From: Candidatus Yanofskybacteria bacterium RIFCSPLOWO2_02_FULL_45_18
GTDB taxonomy: Bacteria > Patescibacteriota > Minisyncoccia > 2-02-FULL-40-12 > GWA2-44-9
Direction of reading: 5' to 3'
DNA length: 52,179 nucleotides
Assembly: GCA_001795795.1 (NCBI GenBank)
Contig: MGKV01000021.1
Span: 15,855 to 68,033, forward strand
Below the pieces are notes generated by a model, which was given only the letters and a program-made list of their open reading frames with translations, had not been told where the DNA came from and made no database searches. Position 1 is the first letter of the stretch, and each line of letters opens with the position of its first letter. A program made the translations under genes and the position numbers. Of this stretch, positions 38,715 to 50,090 are shown in pieces.

Positions 38715-39713
38715 ATGGCTATGGATTATTTGCGCGATTCAATTTTGGCCACACTGGCCTACTATGATATTTTTGATTTTCCGCTTACGCTTTTGGAGTT
38801 GCATAAATATCTTATCAACCCGGGCCGAGTGGCGAAGCTAACTATGGAAGGCGTTGGTGAAATAAAACTTGCGGATATCCAAAGCGAACTGGAATATTTG
38901 GCTGAAAGCGGGCGGGTTCAAACCAAAAACGGATTTTATTTCTTGCTATCGGGGAGAGCTCTTTTTGGCACGCGAATCATTCGGGAGAAAATATTCGCCC
39001 AAAAGCGGTCAATGCTTGTTAATCTGTGCAGATATTTTGCGTTTGTGCCTTATATCAGAGGTATTTGGGTAAGCGGGTCAATGGCCACGGCCAATACGAC
39101 TGCGGATAGCGACTTTGACCTGATGGTGGTCGCGCGGGCCGGCCGGCTTTATACGGCGCGAATGCTCCTTTCGTTGACGGCTTCGGTTTTAAGGTCGCGC
39201 CGCAAGCGATACGAAGAATCGGCGCCGGACAAATTTTGTTTCAATCACTATCTTGCCGATAACGCGCTTGAGATAAGGCACCGCAGTCTCTATACCGCCC
39301 AAGCTTACATTAATCTCAAGCCGTTGATTAATCGGGAAAACCTGTCGGATAAGTTTTTTAGCGCTAACTCTTGGCTTTATAAATTTGTTATACACGGCGC
39401 GGCGGGAGACATTCTGACCCGGGGATTGAAGCCAAGCCACCTTGCCGAGCTTATTGCAAAAACGGGAGAGCGTGTCTTGGGTGGTTTCTTGGGTGACATG
39501 CTGGAACATGTTTTTAAGAAATACCAGCAGAAAAGAATAAAAGAAAACCCCATGACTTATGAAACGGGCGGAAGGGTGGTTTTCAGCGATAATGAGCTGG
39601 AATTCCACCCACGCTCTTTTGAGGCAGTTGTGATACAAAGATACAATCACAGACTTGAAATGTTGGGCATTTTGGCGCCAGCCAGAGAGGCAGATTCGGG
39701 CCTCTTGACTTAA
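38715..39713 (+). CDS. Nucleotidyltransferase-domain protein
   Basis: VSGSMA...DSDFDL (GS-x-DxD, pol-beta superfamily). Confidence 0.75.
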   Translation: MAMDYLRDSILATLAYYDIFDFPLTLLELHKYLINPGRVAKLTMEGVGEIKLADIQSELEYLAESGRVQTKNGFYFLLSGRALFGTRIIREKIFAQKRSMLVNLCRYFAFVPYIRGIWVSGSMATANTTADSDFDLMVVARAGRLYTARMLLSLTASVLRSRRKRYEESAPDKFCFNHYLADNALEIRHRSLYTAQAYINLKPLINRENLSDKFFSANSWLYKFVIHGAAGDILTRGLKPSHLAELIAKTGERVLGGFLGDMLEHVFKKYQQKRIKENPMTYETGGRVVFSDNELEFHPRSFEAVVIQRYNHRLEMLGILAPAREADSGLLT

Positions 39714-39742
39714 TAAACAGTTCGGCTATTATGTGCTATAAA

Positions 39743-39769
39743 TTGGCACTCAAGCAATAAGACTGCCGA
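39743..39769 (+). promoter_or_regulatory. CIRCE (HrcA operator), degenerate
   Basis: TTGGCACTC-N9-GACTGCCGA versus consensus TTAGCACTC-N9-GAGTGCTAA; downstream of TTGACT..TATTAT and upstream of groES. Confidence 0.8.
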
Positions 39770-39846
39770 CAAGAGGCTTTAGGCATTGGGCATTGGGTCC
39801 TAGCTCAGCTAGCGCCTAGCGTCTAAATCCCTAGGGCCTGATATTT

Positions 39847-40131
39847 ATGTTAAGACCCCTGTCAGACCATGTAGTCATTGAACCCATGCGGGAGGAGAAG
39901 AAAAAGGGTGGCATTATCCTGCCCGAAACGGTGGATAAGGAAAGGCCGGAAAAGGGCAAAGTTATCGCCGTCGGTCCGGGCAAAATAGGTGAGGACGGCA
40001 AGCGCCGGCCACTGGAAGTTAAAAAAGGCGATGTGGTGTTATTTACCAAATACGGCCCCAATGAAATCAAGGTTGACGGCAAGGAATATCTTATTGCGAA
40101 GGAAGACGACATTCTAGCCATTATTTCATAA
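39847..40131 (+). CDS. groES: Co-chaperonin GroES
   Basis: LRPLSDHV, GGIILP, VIAVGPG, KYG, EDDILA. Confidence 0.98.
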   Translation: MLRPLSDHVVIEPMREEKKKGGIILPETVDKERPEKGKVIAVGPGKIGEDGKRRPLEVKKGDVVLFTKYGPNEIKVDGKEYLIAKEDDILAIIS

Positions 40132-40201
40132 TTGCAATCTCTAAATTACTAATTTCTAAACAAATCCAAAATTCAAAATTCTGAATTTTCAAATTATTTA
40201 G

Positions 40202-41857
<1,656 letters not shown>

Positions 41858-41913
41858 CCGACCACGCTTGGCGAAGTCCCGAGCTTGCGAGGGGCGGGAA
41901 GGGGGAATATTAA

Positions 41914-41952
41914 TATAATTCAAAAAGCCCCATAAGGGCTTTTTGAATTATA
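41914..41952. terminator. Bidirectional terminator after groEL
   Basis: TATAATTCAAAAAGCCC-cataa-GGGCTTTTTGAATTATA. Confidence 0.8.
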
Positions 41953-41977
41953 AAAACCGCCTATTGAGATGGGCGGG

Positions 41978-42298
41978 TTATTTTATGGTTTTCAGTAATT
42001 CTTCAAGAAATGTTTTCCACACAATCCTTTCTTCCTTAAACTTAAATTCTTGGTTTTGGGCGTATCGGCGGTATGCTCCGCCCAGAATCAAAATAATCAG
42101 AAATAAAATAAAGACGAGATAATTCGGCAGGTAGTGTTTAATTCCGAGATAAAATATGATGCTTGAGGCGGCGATACAGATAATGACGGCGTATTCCAAT
42201 CGTTTTTTCCAAAACCTTATTTTGTGATTGGCAACCGCAACCCGCTTGCGCAGTTTCGCGACTTTAGTCAAAAAGTTTTCTGCGTGGTTCTCGTTCAC
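41978..42298 (-). CDS. Hypothetical 2-TM membrane protein
   Basis: Two hydrophobic helices; start uncertain. Confidence 0.6.
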   Translation of the reverse strand: MNENHAENFLTKVAKLRKRVAVANHKIRFWKKRLEYAVIICIAASSIIFYLGIKHYLPNYLVFILFLIILILGGAYRRYAQNQEFKFKEERIVWKTFLEELLKTIK

Positions 42299-42478
42299 AG
42301 ACCGGCCCCTTTGATTTTTTGATGTTGTTAACGATCTCTTCGGGTTTGTGGGACATATTGTCTCCCTGATGTGGGTATTGTTTCACGCAATTTGAAAGTG
42401 GTCAAATCAAAATTTTAAATTTACACTCCGCTTAATATTTATGATAGTATTTTATAAATAAACAAAATCGTAGATACT

Positions 42479-43138
42479 ATGAAAAAACTTGAGACAAAAC
42501 CAGCGATAGAACAAAAACCAGACCATGAAAAGAAAGAGCGGGTAAAGTTTATTCTGGGAGATTTAGGGTTAAAATGGGATGATTTGCGCGGCAAGAGAGT
42601 TCTTGATATTGGGTCCGGTCTTGCCCAACTGGCGCGTGTTGCTAATCGCGAAGGGATTAGCATAATATCCAGCGACCCCTATCTTTGGGGACATGAAAAA
42701 GAGGTAAGCAAGGAAGGGTTGAAAAAGTTAACGGAGGGCGTTCCTTTTGTTAAGGCAAGCGCGGATTTGCTGCCGTTTCCGTCAGAAACATTTGATGTCG
42801 CAACTTCGCATGCCGCTCCGCCCTTGGTTGGCGTGAATACGGAAGCGGATGTAGGGTTGGTTATTGACGAGGTTTACCGTGTGCTTAAAAATGGCGGCGA
42901 ATTTCGCTTCGGCCCCGGCTATCTTCCGACTTATGTTTTCGACAAAGAAATTTTTACTTCCGAAGAAGGGGATACTTTCACGGCTGAACAACGCAAGGTA
43001 AGGATTGCTGACAAAACGCTGGAGCTTTTCAAAAACATTAGCCCGCACATTACAAGACACAAAATTGAGAGTGAGATAGATAGGAACTTTGGTCGTTTGT
43101 ATTATTATATTTTACACAAACCCTATGATAATAAATAA
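42479..43138 (+). CDS. Class I SAM-dependent methyltransferase
   Basis: VLDIGSG, ADLLPFPSETFD, EVYRVLKNGG. Confidence 0.88.
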   Translation: MKKLETKPAIEQKPDHEKKERVKFILGDLGLKWDDLRGKRVLDIGSGLAQLARVANREGISIISSDPYLWGHEKEVSKEGLKKLTEGVPFVKASADLLPFPSETFDVATSHAAPPLVGVNTEADVGLVIDEVYRVLKNGGEFRFGPGYLPTYVFDKEIFTSEEGDTFTAEQRKVRIADKTLELFKNISPHITRHKIESEIDRNFGRLYYYILHKPYDNK

Positions 43139-44780
43139 AAAACCTCGTTTTGTTTTTGTGGTGGGCGGGGTGATGTCGGGAATAGGCAAGGGTATCACCA
43201 CGGCCTCCACGGCGCGAATATTCAAGGATTACGGTTTTCGTGTCACCGCCGTCAAAATCGATCCGTATCTGAATATAGATGCGGGCACCATGAACCCCAC
43301 CGAACACGGTGAGGTTTTTGTAACAGATGACGGCATGGAATGCGACCAGGATGTCGGCAATTACGAGCGTTTTTTGGGAGAAGATATTCCCAAGGTCAAC
43401 TATATGACCGCCGGTCTGGTCTATCAGAGTGTTATTGAAAAAGAGCGTAATCTTGCTTATGGCGGCAAATGCGTGGAGGTTATTCCGCACATCACGGATG
43501 AGGTGGAACGTCGGCTGATGAAAGCCGCGCAACTGGCCAAGGCCGATTCGACAGGCTCACGGCAAGCCGATTTTGTGCTGGTGGAGATAGGCGGCACGGT
43601 TGGGGAATATCAGAACCTGATATTTCTTGAAACGGCCAGAATAATGAAGCTTAAAATGCCTGACCGGGTTTTGTTTATGCTGGTCAGTTATTTTCCGATA
43701 CCTAAAATGATCGGCGAGATGAAGACCAAGCCGACCCAGCACGCTGTCAGGGCTCTGAACTCTGCCGGTATCCAGCCGGATATAATTATTGCCCGTTCGG
43801 CGGTGCCGCTGGATGAGTCGCGCAAGCTAAAAGTTTCGGTGTTTTGCAACATGCAACCGCAGGATATTATCTCGGCACCCGATATCGCCAGTATTTATGA
43901 AGTGCCGGTGAATTTTGAAGAGGACAACCTTGGCCGAAGAATTCTGGCTAAGTTTGGCTTAAAGACCAAAGCCAAAGGGCTGAAACAATGGAAAGATTTG
44001 GTGGATCGAATAAGAAAATCCCAAAAACCCGCGCGAATAGGTATTGTGGGGAAATACTTTGGCACCGGGGACTTTATATTATCCGACTCTTATCTCTCGG
44101 TGATAGAAGCCGTCAAACAAGCGGCGTTTTCGCTGAACCGTAAAGCGGAAGTTGCCTGGCTGGATGCCGAAAGTTATGAGAGGGATGCCAAATCGGCGGG
44201 GGAGCTTAAAAAGTTTGACGGTATTATCGTGCCCGGCGGATTCGGCGCGCGGGGCGTGGAGGGCAAGATAAAGGCGATTGAGTACGTGCGCAAAAATAAT
44301 ATCCCGTTTTTGGGGCTTTGCTACGGTTTGCAGTTGGCGACGGTTGAATTTGCGCGCAATGTTTGTGGCCTTCGCGACGCCAACACGACTGAAGTTGACC
44401 CTCAAACACCTCATCCGATAATTCATACCATGGCCGAACAAGTGGAGAAGATAAAACAAAAAGATATGGGCGGTTCCATGCGCCTCGGCGCCTATGACTG
44501 TCAGCTTAACCCGCGGTCTATAAGCCATAAGCTATATGCCATAAGCCGCATCAGTGAGCGCCACCGCCACCGCTACGAAGTTAACGAAAAATACGTGCCG
44601 CTGTTAGAAAAGAAAGGCCTGCTGATCGCCGGCCGCAATCCCCAGCGCAACCTTGTGGAGGTCATTGAACTTCCAAAAAATAAATTCTTCATCGCTTCGC
44701 AATTCCACCCTGAATTCAAAGCCCGTCCCCTTAGTCCCCATCCGTTGTTCGTGGGATTTATAAAAGCGGCGACGGAATAA
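43125..44780 (+). CDS. pyrG: CTP synthase
   Basis: GGVMSGIGKG, KTKPTQH, PGGFG, GLCYG, ERHRHRYE, QFHPE; ATG 43125. Confidence 0.98.
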   Translation: MIINKKPRFVFVVGGVMSGIGKGITTASTARIFKDYGFRVTAVKIDPYLNIDAGTMNPTEHGEVFVTDDGMECDQDVGNYERFLGEDIPKVNYMTAGLVYQSVIEKERNLAYGGKCVEVIPHITDEVERRLMKAAQLAKADSTGSRQADFVLVEIGGTVGEYQNLIFLETARIMKLKMPDRVLFMLVSYFPIPKMIGEMKTKPTQHAVRALNSAGIQPDIIIARSAVPLDESRKLKVSVFCNMQPQDIISAPDIASIYEVPVNFEEDNLGRRILAKFGLKTKAKGLKQWKDLVDRIRKSQKPARIGIVGKYFGTGDFILSDSYLSVIEAVKQAAFSLNRKAEVAWLDAESYERDAKSAGELKKFDGIIVPGGFGARGVEGKIKAIEYVRKNNIPFLGLCYGLQLATVEFARNVCGLRDANTTEVDPQTPHPIIHTMAEQVEKIKQKDMGGSMRLGAYDCQLNPRSISHKLYAISRISERHRHRYEVNEKYVPLLEKKGLLIAGRNPQRNLVEVIELPKNKFFIASQFHPEFKARPLSPHPLFVGFIKAATE

Positions 44781-44874
44781 TACTTTGCAAATCGTTATTT
44801 CAGCGGATTTGCGCGGGTGGTTTAATATGCTATTATTCCATCATCTGTTCTTTGAAAATTGAGGTGGTGATTGC

Positions 44875-45144
44875 GTGAAAAAAGAGTATTTCCTGAAATG
44901 TTGGGTGGGGCCGGGCATGTTTCCCGACGAGCGGAGCATTTGTTTCAAAGACAAGGACGGCAATGATATTTCCGGTTTTGTGTGGGCAGGAGCGGTTGAT
45001 GAAGAAAACGGCCTTGTACGCGTTGACATATGCAATGAAACATTAGATGTTTTTCTCGTGACGAACGGCGGATGGGAGCTTTTTATGTCCAGGCGGGTAT
45101 GGGTTCCCAAAGATGCGATTGTAATCAAAAACAAAGAAAAATGA
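44875..45144 (+). CDS. Hypothetical protein
   Basis: GAGGTGGTGA RBS; GMFPDE motif. Confidence 0.65.
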   Translation: MKKEYFLKCWVGPGMFPDERSICFKDKDGNDISGFVWAGAVDEENGLVRVDICNETLDVFLVTNGGWELFMSRRVWVPKDAIVIKNKEK

Positions 45145-45153
45145 CGGTGCGAG

Positions 45154-45546
45154 ATGACATCAATTGAATTCTTAGATGAGTTTTTGACCAAGTTTTTGGT
45201 TTATTTAATTTTTGAAAATAAGGTATCTTGCCGCCATTCCGAGGCGGGATATCATATCACGGCCGGCGGGAAAGAAATTGCCATGATAGAGTGGGAACCG
45301 CCGAAAGACAAAGAATACTCCAAAGAACCAGTTGTGTGGTTGGGGCGCGAGAAACTCATTGGTATGAGATATTTGATACTTGCTGAAGCCGCTCAAGTCA
45401 TAATTCAGCAGAAGATTGATATGGAAAATGACGGATTAAAGAAGATAAACGAGTATATGCTGAACTGGCATCAAGAGGAACGAGAGATGCGCGCGGATGC
45501 CGCGCTTAGGGACATTAAAAAGAAATATTCCGAATTGATAAATTAA
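45154..45546 (+). CDS. Hypothetical protein
   Basis: 130-aa ORF in apparent operon with the previous ORF; terminator follows. Confidence 0.6.
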   Translation: MTSIEFLDEFLTKFLVYLIFENKVSCRHSEAGYHITAGGKEIAMIEWEPPKDKEYSKEPVVWLGREKLIGMRYLILAEAAQVIIQQKIDMENDGLKKINEYMLNWHQEEREMRADAALRDIKKKYSELIN

Positions 45547-45574
45547 AAACCCTCGCCGTGGCGGGGGATTTTTT

Positions 45575-45601
45575 GTGGGGCGCAATCAGATTGCGCCCCA
45601 C
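45575..45601. repeat. REP-like palindrome
   Basis: GTGGGGCGCAATC-a-GATTGCGCCCCAC between convergent genes. Confidence 0.65.
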
Positions 45602-48025
45602 TTATTTTGAATCATTTTCTGCTGACTCTGGATGCGGAGCCACGAAGGGCTTGGCCGGATCGGTAATTTCGGGATAAAAATCTTTGGGCCGGTCTTTGTA
45701 GGCCTCTTCAAGAATTTTCATCAGGACCGGCAAAGCTCTTTTGCCGCCGCTTTCATTCTCGCCATTTTCGGCTTTAAGGGGCAGTTTGTCTTTTCGGCCT
45801 ATCCAGACGACGCCGCACACAGAAGGTGTGCAGGCCTTTATCCAAAGGTCAGTTGCATCGCCGTCTTGGTTGGTGGCGGTGCCGGTCTTAGCTATCAGCC
45901 CCACCCCGAGCGATCTGGCTTTTTGAGCGGTGCCGTGGAGCAGTTCTACCGTAGACCGTAGTCCGCGGATGATCTGCGCTTGTAGATTGTCGGGGAATAT
46001 TTGTTTTCCATTTTGTTGTTGCTGCCGGAAAACGATAGCTCCAGCCGCATCGCTGATTATCTTGACACTGTAGGGCTCAACATAGTTGCCGTTAAAGCCG
46101 GTCATCGCTCTAACCAGTTCAAAGGGCGAGGCCTCGATAGAACCGATGGCTACGGTTAAGCCCGGGTCAAGCGGCGGCTCCTTATCAAGGGCGTAGACGA
46201 TGCGGGCAATCTTCAACTTAGTATCATCGGGGAGGTTCTTTTCCAGAACACCACCCCGGAAAAGAAGTTTGTTAAGTGTCCCGCTATCAAAGTTTTCCGG
46301 TATATGGCATTTACACTTATCTTCAACTCGCTTGACGATATCAATTCCCAGCCGCTGGGCCATTTCCAAAATTTCATATTTGGAAACACGCATGGCGACC
46401 CCGTTAATCACCATTTGAACACCGCTCATTGTCGCGCAATTGCGCGATTGGGTTAGGGCGACTACGGCATCTATGGTGCCCATATAACGAGGCAACCCCT
46501 GATAGGGGAAATTGACGAAAAATTTAAGCACCCCATTACCCATATGGGCTCCCACGCTGGGAGAATCGTTTAGCTGACAAGGTCCATTGCCTTCATCAGC
46601 ACAACTTAGCCGCCCGCCGTCCTCAAGCCATTTGGCATAAAAGTATGGCTTAAAGGTTGAACCGGTTTGGCGCTGGAACTGGTTGAGCGGGTATTGGTTT
46701 TCGCGAAACTGCGGTTCCTGTGTCCAGACTCGGATGGCTCCGGTCTTGGCGTCAACAAGTATGGCGGCTCCCCAAAGATCTTGTTTAAGCATGGGGTTGG
46801 CTGTTTTCATTTTTTCCAATGTCTGATGCAGAGCTTCGTAAGCAACCGACTGTAGGCGGCTATTAATGGTAGTATGAACTCTAATGCCGGTGTCAACTAC
46901 CCTAAACTTATCGCGTAGTCCCAAAAAGACATACTGTGAAAAATGCTGGTTGATTTTGTCTTTTTGACTCCTCTCGGGAATCGGCCGCTTTCCGTATTCT
47001 ATTTTCTGTTTGTAAGTTATCCCGCCGTCTTCGTAGAGCTGTTTCAAAGCGCGGTTTCTTAACGCTTTGAACTCTTTTGGGTTGCGAAAAGGCGAATTGC
47101 CGGGCATTCTGGCTAGGCAGACGATGTCTACCGCACTGCCCTTATCCAGTTCCCAGACATTTTTACGGAAGTAAAACTTGGAAGCGGATTGGATGCCGTA
47201 ACGCCCATAGTCAAAATAAACATTATTAAGCCAGATTTCCAATATTTTATTGCGTGGGAGGTGTGATTCTAAGTGCCAAGCATAGAAAACTTCTGCTATT
47301 TTTCTTTTGATGCCGTCGCTTAATTTTTTAGTTTCCCGCTCTTTCTTAAGATATTCCCGGGCGAAATAATTTTTGGCCACTTGTTGGCTGATAGTTGAAC
47401 CGCCTTGGTTTTTAACTAAGCGCCCGTCTTTGACAGACGCCTTAACATCAGCGGTCAGAGCCCTGATTATCCCGATTATGTCAAAAGCAAAGGGGCGAGT
47501 GTCAAAGCGCCTATCTTCTAGCGCCTTAGCCACCTCCGGAAAGACGCCCATTTCATCCAAATTAAGGGATTCGCGGCAGTAAAGACACCGTTCGTCAATT
47601 ACGCGGCCGTCATTGTCATAGAAGTAAGAACTCTCATATTTGTTGGTTTCAAGACGTGACCAGTCGGGTATGTAAGTGAAATAGAGGTTACCGAGGAAAA
47701 GCAGGACTGCTACGGTAACCAGCAGAGACACTTTAACTGTGCCTTGCCAATGCCTTGCCAGACAACGCAGGGTTTTCCACGGAGAATGAAGCGGCGATAA
47801 TGCTAGCCAGACAAATTTCAGCATTTTGGCTAGGCCGCTTGTGGCCAGAAAGAACTCATCAAAAAGATTAACGCAACCGAACACTAGTGATCTGAAAATT
47901 AATTCAAGCCAATTGCCGATAGTTTCCCTTATGTCTTTTGCGGTTCTGGCCATGACAATTCCGAAGAGCCACAATAATCCGGGTATTAATCCGAAAACAA
48001 ACCAGACAGCTCTAAAAAACCACAT
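45602..48025 (-). CDS. Class A penicillin-binding protein (transglycosylase + transpeptidase)
   Basis: EDRRF, GGSTISQQVAKN, GSTFKP (SxxK), SRN, KTGT. Confidence 0.93.
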   Translation of the reverse strand: MWFFRAVWFVFGLIPGLLWLFGIVMARTAKDIRETIGNWLELIFRSLVFGCVNLFDEFFLATSGLAKMLKFVWLALSPLHSPWKTLRCLARHWQGTVKVSLLVTVAVLLFLGNLYFTYIPDWSRLETNKYESSYFYDNDGRVIDERCLYCRESLNLDEMGVFPEVAKALEDRRFDTRPFAFDIIGIIRALTADVKASVKDGRLVKNQGGSTISQQVAKNYFAREYLKKERETKKLSDGIKRKIAEVFYAWHLESHLPRNKILEIWLNNVYFDYGRYGIQSASKFYFRKNVWELDKGSAVDIVCLARMPGNSPFRNPKEFKALRNRALKQLYEDGGITYKQKIEYGKRPIPERSQKDKINQHFSQYVFLGLRDKFRVVDTGIRVHTTINSRLQSVAYEALHQTLEKMKTANPMLKQDLWGAAILVDAKTGAIRVWTQEPQFRENQYPLNQFQRQTGSTFKPYFYAKWLEDGGRLSCADEGNGPCQLNDSPSVGAHMGNGVLKFFVNFPYQGLPRYMGTIDAVVALTQSRNCATMSGVQMVINGVAMRVSKYEILEMAQRLGIDIVKRVEDKCKCHIPENFDSGTLNKLLFRGGVLEKNLPDDTKLKIARIVYALDKEPPLDPGLTVAIGSIEASPFELVRAMTGFNGNYVEPYSVKIISDAAGAIVFRQQQQNGKQIFPDNLQAQIIRGLRSTVELLHGTAQKARSLGVGLIAKTGTATNQDGDATDLWIKACTPSVCGVVWIGRKDKLPLKAENGENESGGKRALPVLMKILEEAYKDRPKDFYPEITDPAKPFVAPHPESAENDSK

Positions 48026-48215
48026 TTAACGCCTCAAATTGCTTAGATTATTTGTTATTTTGTCAAGAAACTTACCTGAAAGATATACCAAGCGGACTTC
48101 AAAGTCAAAATTTTGATTTATTCAAAAATGTGGTAAATTAAAGCAGTATTGAGGTTATCTCAAACATAAAGCGGTCTGTCGTGTTGCCGAAAAGCAATGA
48201 TAGCCGCAAAATCAT

Positions 48216-48758
48216 ATGTGGTTATATATTATACTTGGATTGGTCGTTTTGTGGCTGGTCGGAATGTATAATTCGCTGGTTGTCTCCCGCAACCGCGTCA
48301 AGGAGGCGTGGTCGGACATTGATGTCCAGTTAAAGCGGCGCTACGACCTGATTCCCAATTTGGTGGAAACGGTTAAGGGTTACGCGGCGCACGAAAGCGG
48401 GGTGCTTGAAAAAGTGATTAGAGCGCGGGCGGAAGCGATGGGCGTCAAGTCGGTGGCCCAGCACGCCGAGGCGGAGAATATGCTTTCCGGCGCATTGAAA
48501 AATCTTTTTGCTCTGGCCGAGGCCTATCCCAACCTTAAAGCGTCCGACAACTTTGTGAAATTGCAGGACGAGGTCACCGATACTGAAGATAAGATACAGG
48601 CCGCCCGCAGGTTCTACAACTCCAATGTTATGACGCTGAATAATAAGGTTGAGGGTTTCCCGACAAACCTGATGGCTGGCCCGTTCGGATTTGCTAAGGC
48701 CGACTTCTTTCAGCTGGGCTTGGAAGCGGAGCGTGAGAATATAAAGATACTGTTTTAA
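48216..48758 (+). CDS. lemA: LemA family protein
   Basis: AWSDIDVQLKRRYDLIPNLV, YPNLKA, ARRFYN. Confidence 0.96.
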   Translation: MWLYIILGLVVLWLVGMYNSLVVSRNRVKEAWSDIDVQLKRRYDLIPNLVETVKGYAAHESGVLEKVIRARAEAMGVKSVAQHAEAENMLSGALKNLFALAEAYPNLKASDNFVKLQDEVTDTEDKIQAARRFYNSNVMTLNNKVEGFPTNLMAGPFGFAKADFFQLGLEAERENIKILF

Positions 48759-48760
48759 AT

Positions 48761-49576
48761 ATGTCAGACAAATTTGAGAAGGAGAGAATAATTTTAGAAA
48801 AGGAAAGAGTTTTGACTTACTCGAAATTGAGTTGTCCGTTAGGATGCCGCTATTGTTTTGTCGGAGATTTGAATATCGAACAGCAAAAGGATGCGGTTTA
48901 CTTGTCCGAAAAACAGACGGAATTGTTATTTCAATTGCCGTCAGAAATTAAATTAATAATGCTCGGCTGTGACACGGAATTCTTACAGGATAAAAAATCT
49001 GCATTGGAAATTCTTGGGAGGCTTATTAAAACTGGGCGGGATATTTCTATTATTACCAAGTTGTCCTTACCGCCCGAGTTTATAAAAAATTTGTCAGAAA
49101 TTAATCGAAAATTAAATAAAAATGGAAATTTTTTGATATTTTCGATAAGTTTGACTTGTCTGGAATCGGCTAAAATTTGGGAACCGAAGGTTCCGGCACC
49201 TGCCAAAAGAATAGAAACGTTAAGAAGCGCCCACGAATCAGGAATTAAAACACTGCTGGCCCTGAGGCCATTATTGCCGACAATATCGGATTCAGAGCTT
49301 GAGAGCGTCATAAAGCTGACAGAGGGAATTTCATGTGGATTTTATTCTGGTCCGCTTTATCTTAAAAACTTAGACGAAGACCCGATTAGAGATATTAAGG
49401 ATTTAATTATTGAAAAAGTTGAGCCTGACTGGATGCCAAAAGGCAATTCTTTTTATAAAGTTGAAAAGGCTGGCCAAATGGAAAATCTCAAAAATGTTAT
49501 AGAAAAATATAATAAAAAGTTATTTGATGGTGTAGCAGAAGCCGTTAAGTATTTGAAAGAAAATGAAAAATATTGA
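48761..49576 (+). CDS. Radical SAM protein (SplB/Rv2578c-like)
   Basis: CPLGCRYC (CxxxCxxC), SIITK, WEP...RIE, RPLLP. Confidence 0.82.
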   Translation: MSDKFEKERIILEKERVLTYSKLSCPLGCRYCFVGDLNIEQQKDAVYLSEKQTELLFQLPSEIKLIMLGCDTEFLQDKKSALEILGRLIKTGRDISIITKLSLPPEFIKNLSEINRKLNKNGNFLIFSISLTCLESAKIWEPKVPAPAKRIETLRSAHESGIKTLLALRPLLPTISDSELESVIKLTEGISCGFYSGPLYLKNLDEDPIRDIKDLIIEKVEPDWMPKGNSFYKVEKAGQMENLKNVIEKYNKKLFDGVAEAVKYLKENEKY

Positions 49577-50081
49577 ATTCAAAGTGTCGCTTGGCGATAA
49601 AATAGTTTCTCCCGGCAAACTAAAAAATCTAGGAGCGGTCTACGAGGGAAGACTTACTCAAAGAGATATTTATTTTAACTGTAAAAAGGGAAGGATTAAA
49701 TTGAGATTTTTAAATGGAAAGAAGGCGGAATTAATTTTTTACAAAAGAGCCGACAACAAAAAATCCAGAGTCTCTAACTATCAAATTTTAGAAATGGGCC
49801 TCGCTTATGCCAGACCAATTTTAAGCATATTAAATCAATCGTTAGGAAAGAGGGCAACTGTTGAAAAATCAAGAGAACTCTGGGTATATAAACACACTAG
49901 AATCCACCTTGATAGGGTTAAGAAACTTGGAAACTATCTTGAACTGGAGACGGCAATTGGCGGGATTAGTTGGAAAAACGGCATGGCCGAACATTTAAAG
50001 GTAAAAAGTGGGTTAGGATTAAATATTTTCAAATCCGTAAGCGAATCTTATGAGGACTTAATCAAATTCTTAAATAATTGA
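49563..50081 (+). CDS. CYTH / class IV adenylate cyclase-like protein
   Basis: NIEFK (ExExK-like), QRDIYF, KLR, YKR, VEKSR, RIHLDRV..LGNYLELE. Confidence 0.9.
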   Translation: MKNIEFKVSLGDKIVSPGKLKNLGAVYEGRLTQRDIYFNCKKGRIKLRFLNGKKAELIFYKRADNKKSRVSNYQILEMGLAYARPILSILNQSLGKRATVEKSRELWVYKHTRIHLDRVKKLGNYLELETAIGGISWKNGMAEHLKVKSGLGLNIFKSVSESYEDLIKFLNN

Positions 50082-50090
50082 AAACCATTA

